From NCBI RefSeq assembly GCF_009914755.1, contig NC_060939.1: 64,000 nt of DNA; one strand, given 5' to 3'. Positions 63,000-64,000 of the stretch are shown in pieces. The DNA comes from the human T2T-CHM13v2.0 reference genome, Homo sapiens. The notes under the pieces are model-generated. The model was not told the origin of the DNA. It made no database searches and saw only the letters and a list, made by a program, of their open reading frames with translations. The translations under genes and the position numbers were made by a program. Numbering within the stretch: position 1 is the stretch's first letter; every line of letters begins with the position of its first letter.

Positions 63000-64000
63000 A
63001 GTCATTCATTCATTGGACACATACTTAAATATATCAGAAGTTATATATGCTATGAATAAAAATAAAACATGGTAAAGGGATAGAAAATGGAGGGGAGGCT
63101 AGTTTAGATAAGGTGGACAGGGATGGCCTTCCTGAAAAAGTAACATTTAAATAGAGCCCTGAAAACAGTAAGGTAGTGAGCCATGAAAACATCTGCGGAA
63201 GAGTGATGTTCCAGGTGGAAAGAACAGCAGATGTTATGGCCCTGAGATGGAAATGAGCTTGATGAGTTTGAAGAATAGCAAGAGGGCCAGTCAAGTTAAA
63301 ATAGACTCAGGAAAAAAGCAGTACTTGTGACGTCACAAAGGTATGCAGAGCCTGATAAGCTATATTTCACAGTTGTGAATGTCTTGTAAATGTGATGAGA
63401 AATCGCTGGAGGATTTCAGCAGGAGAATGGCATGATCTGTTTTATGTTTTATAAAGATTACTCTGGCCTCTGATTAAATAATAGACATAAGAGTGCAGGG
63501 AGAGAAGCAGGAAAGCAGGGAGAGAAGCAGGAAGGCTGTTAGAGTAGCCAAAGTAAGAGAGGATAGGAACTGTCAGGGTTGGGATATATTTTATAAATAG
63601 AAACAAGAGGCTCACTCTGACTTTGTTTCCTTTAATTGGGTCAAGTCTTGTGGCATCTCCTCCACCAAGGTTGCTGTTCACCAGCAAGACCCCATCATTG
63701 CACTCATTCACTTGAAAACTAGACAGGTATATTTCTGCATTAGAAAAATATGATGATGCTTTGGGTGTGAGGGAAAGAGAAGATTCAAAGTCACCCCCAG
63801 GTTTTTAGCCTGAGCAATAGGTGAACGATGGAGCCATTTACTGAGATTGGAAAAGTTTGGGAGGAAGGTAGTAAATCCAGTGCTCAGTGTTGAACATATT
63901 GAGTTTGAGATGGCCTAAACATCCAAGTGGAGAGGCCAAGTAGGCAGTTGTAAAGCAATTCTGAAGCTCGTTGAGAGGTGCTATTTACTAACTGAAACAC
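63000..64000 (-). mobile_element. L2 LINE fragments
   Basis: cattcattcatt end and typical L2 3' purine-rich sequence. Confidence 0.6.

Overview
Human or great-ape genomic DNA containing the 5' part of SECISBP2L (SBP2-like; recalled as human 15q21.1) on the minus strand. Coding exons 1-14 were reconstructed base by base. All junctions are GT-AG with consistent phases, giving 2027 nt of CDS (MDRAPTEQNVKLSAEVEPFIP...IHSKRFRE); the remaining exons lie left of the window. Positions 1-5772 are a decayed, sense-oriented L1PA element in intron 14. The CpG-island promoter/exon 1 lies at about 44.2-45.0 kb. The upstream ~19 kb is repeat-rich (THE1, MER57 LTR plus internal region with nested MER1 transposons, LTR9, Tigger, L2). 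The most notable observations are: (1) a strong-Kozak 12-codon uORF in frame with the main ORF and separated from it by a single TAG-C stop; (2) a 178-bp locally templated inverted insertion at the TATA box of an LTR9; (3) a possible very ancient L1-clade RT fossil at 58.1-59.1 kb; (4) short linear motifs in SBP2L (PAM2-like, DSGxxS degron, LC8-like); (5) a frame-shifting 25-nt microexon. No wholly new multi-gene system is supportable from the sequence. Repeat subfamily names are from recall, not from a database search.
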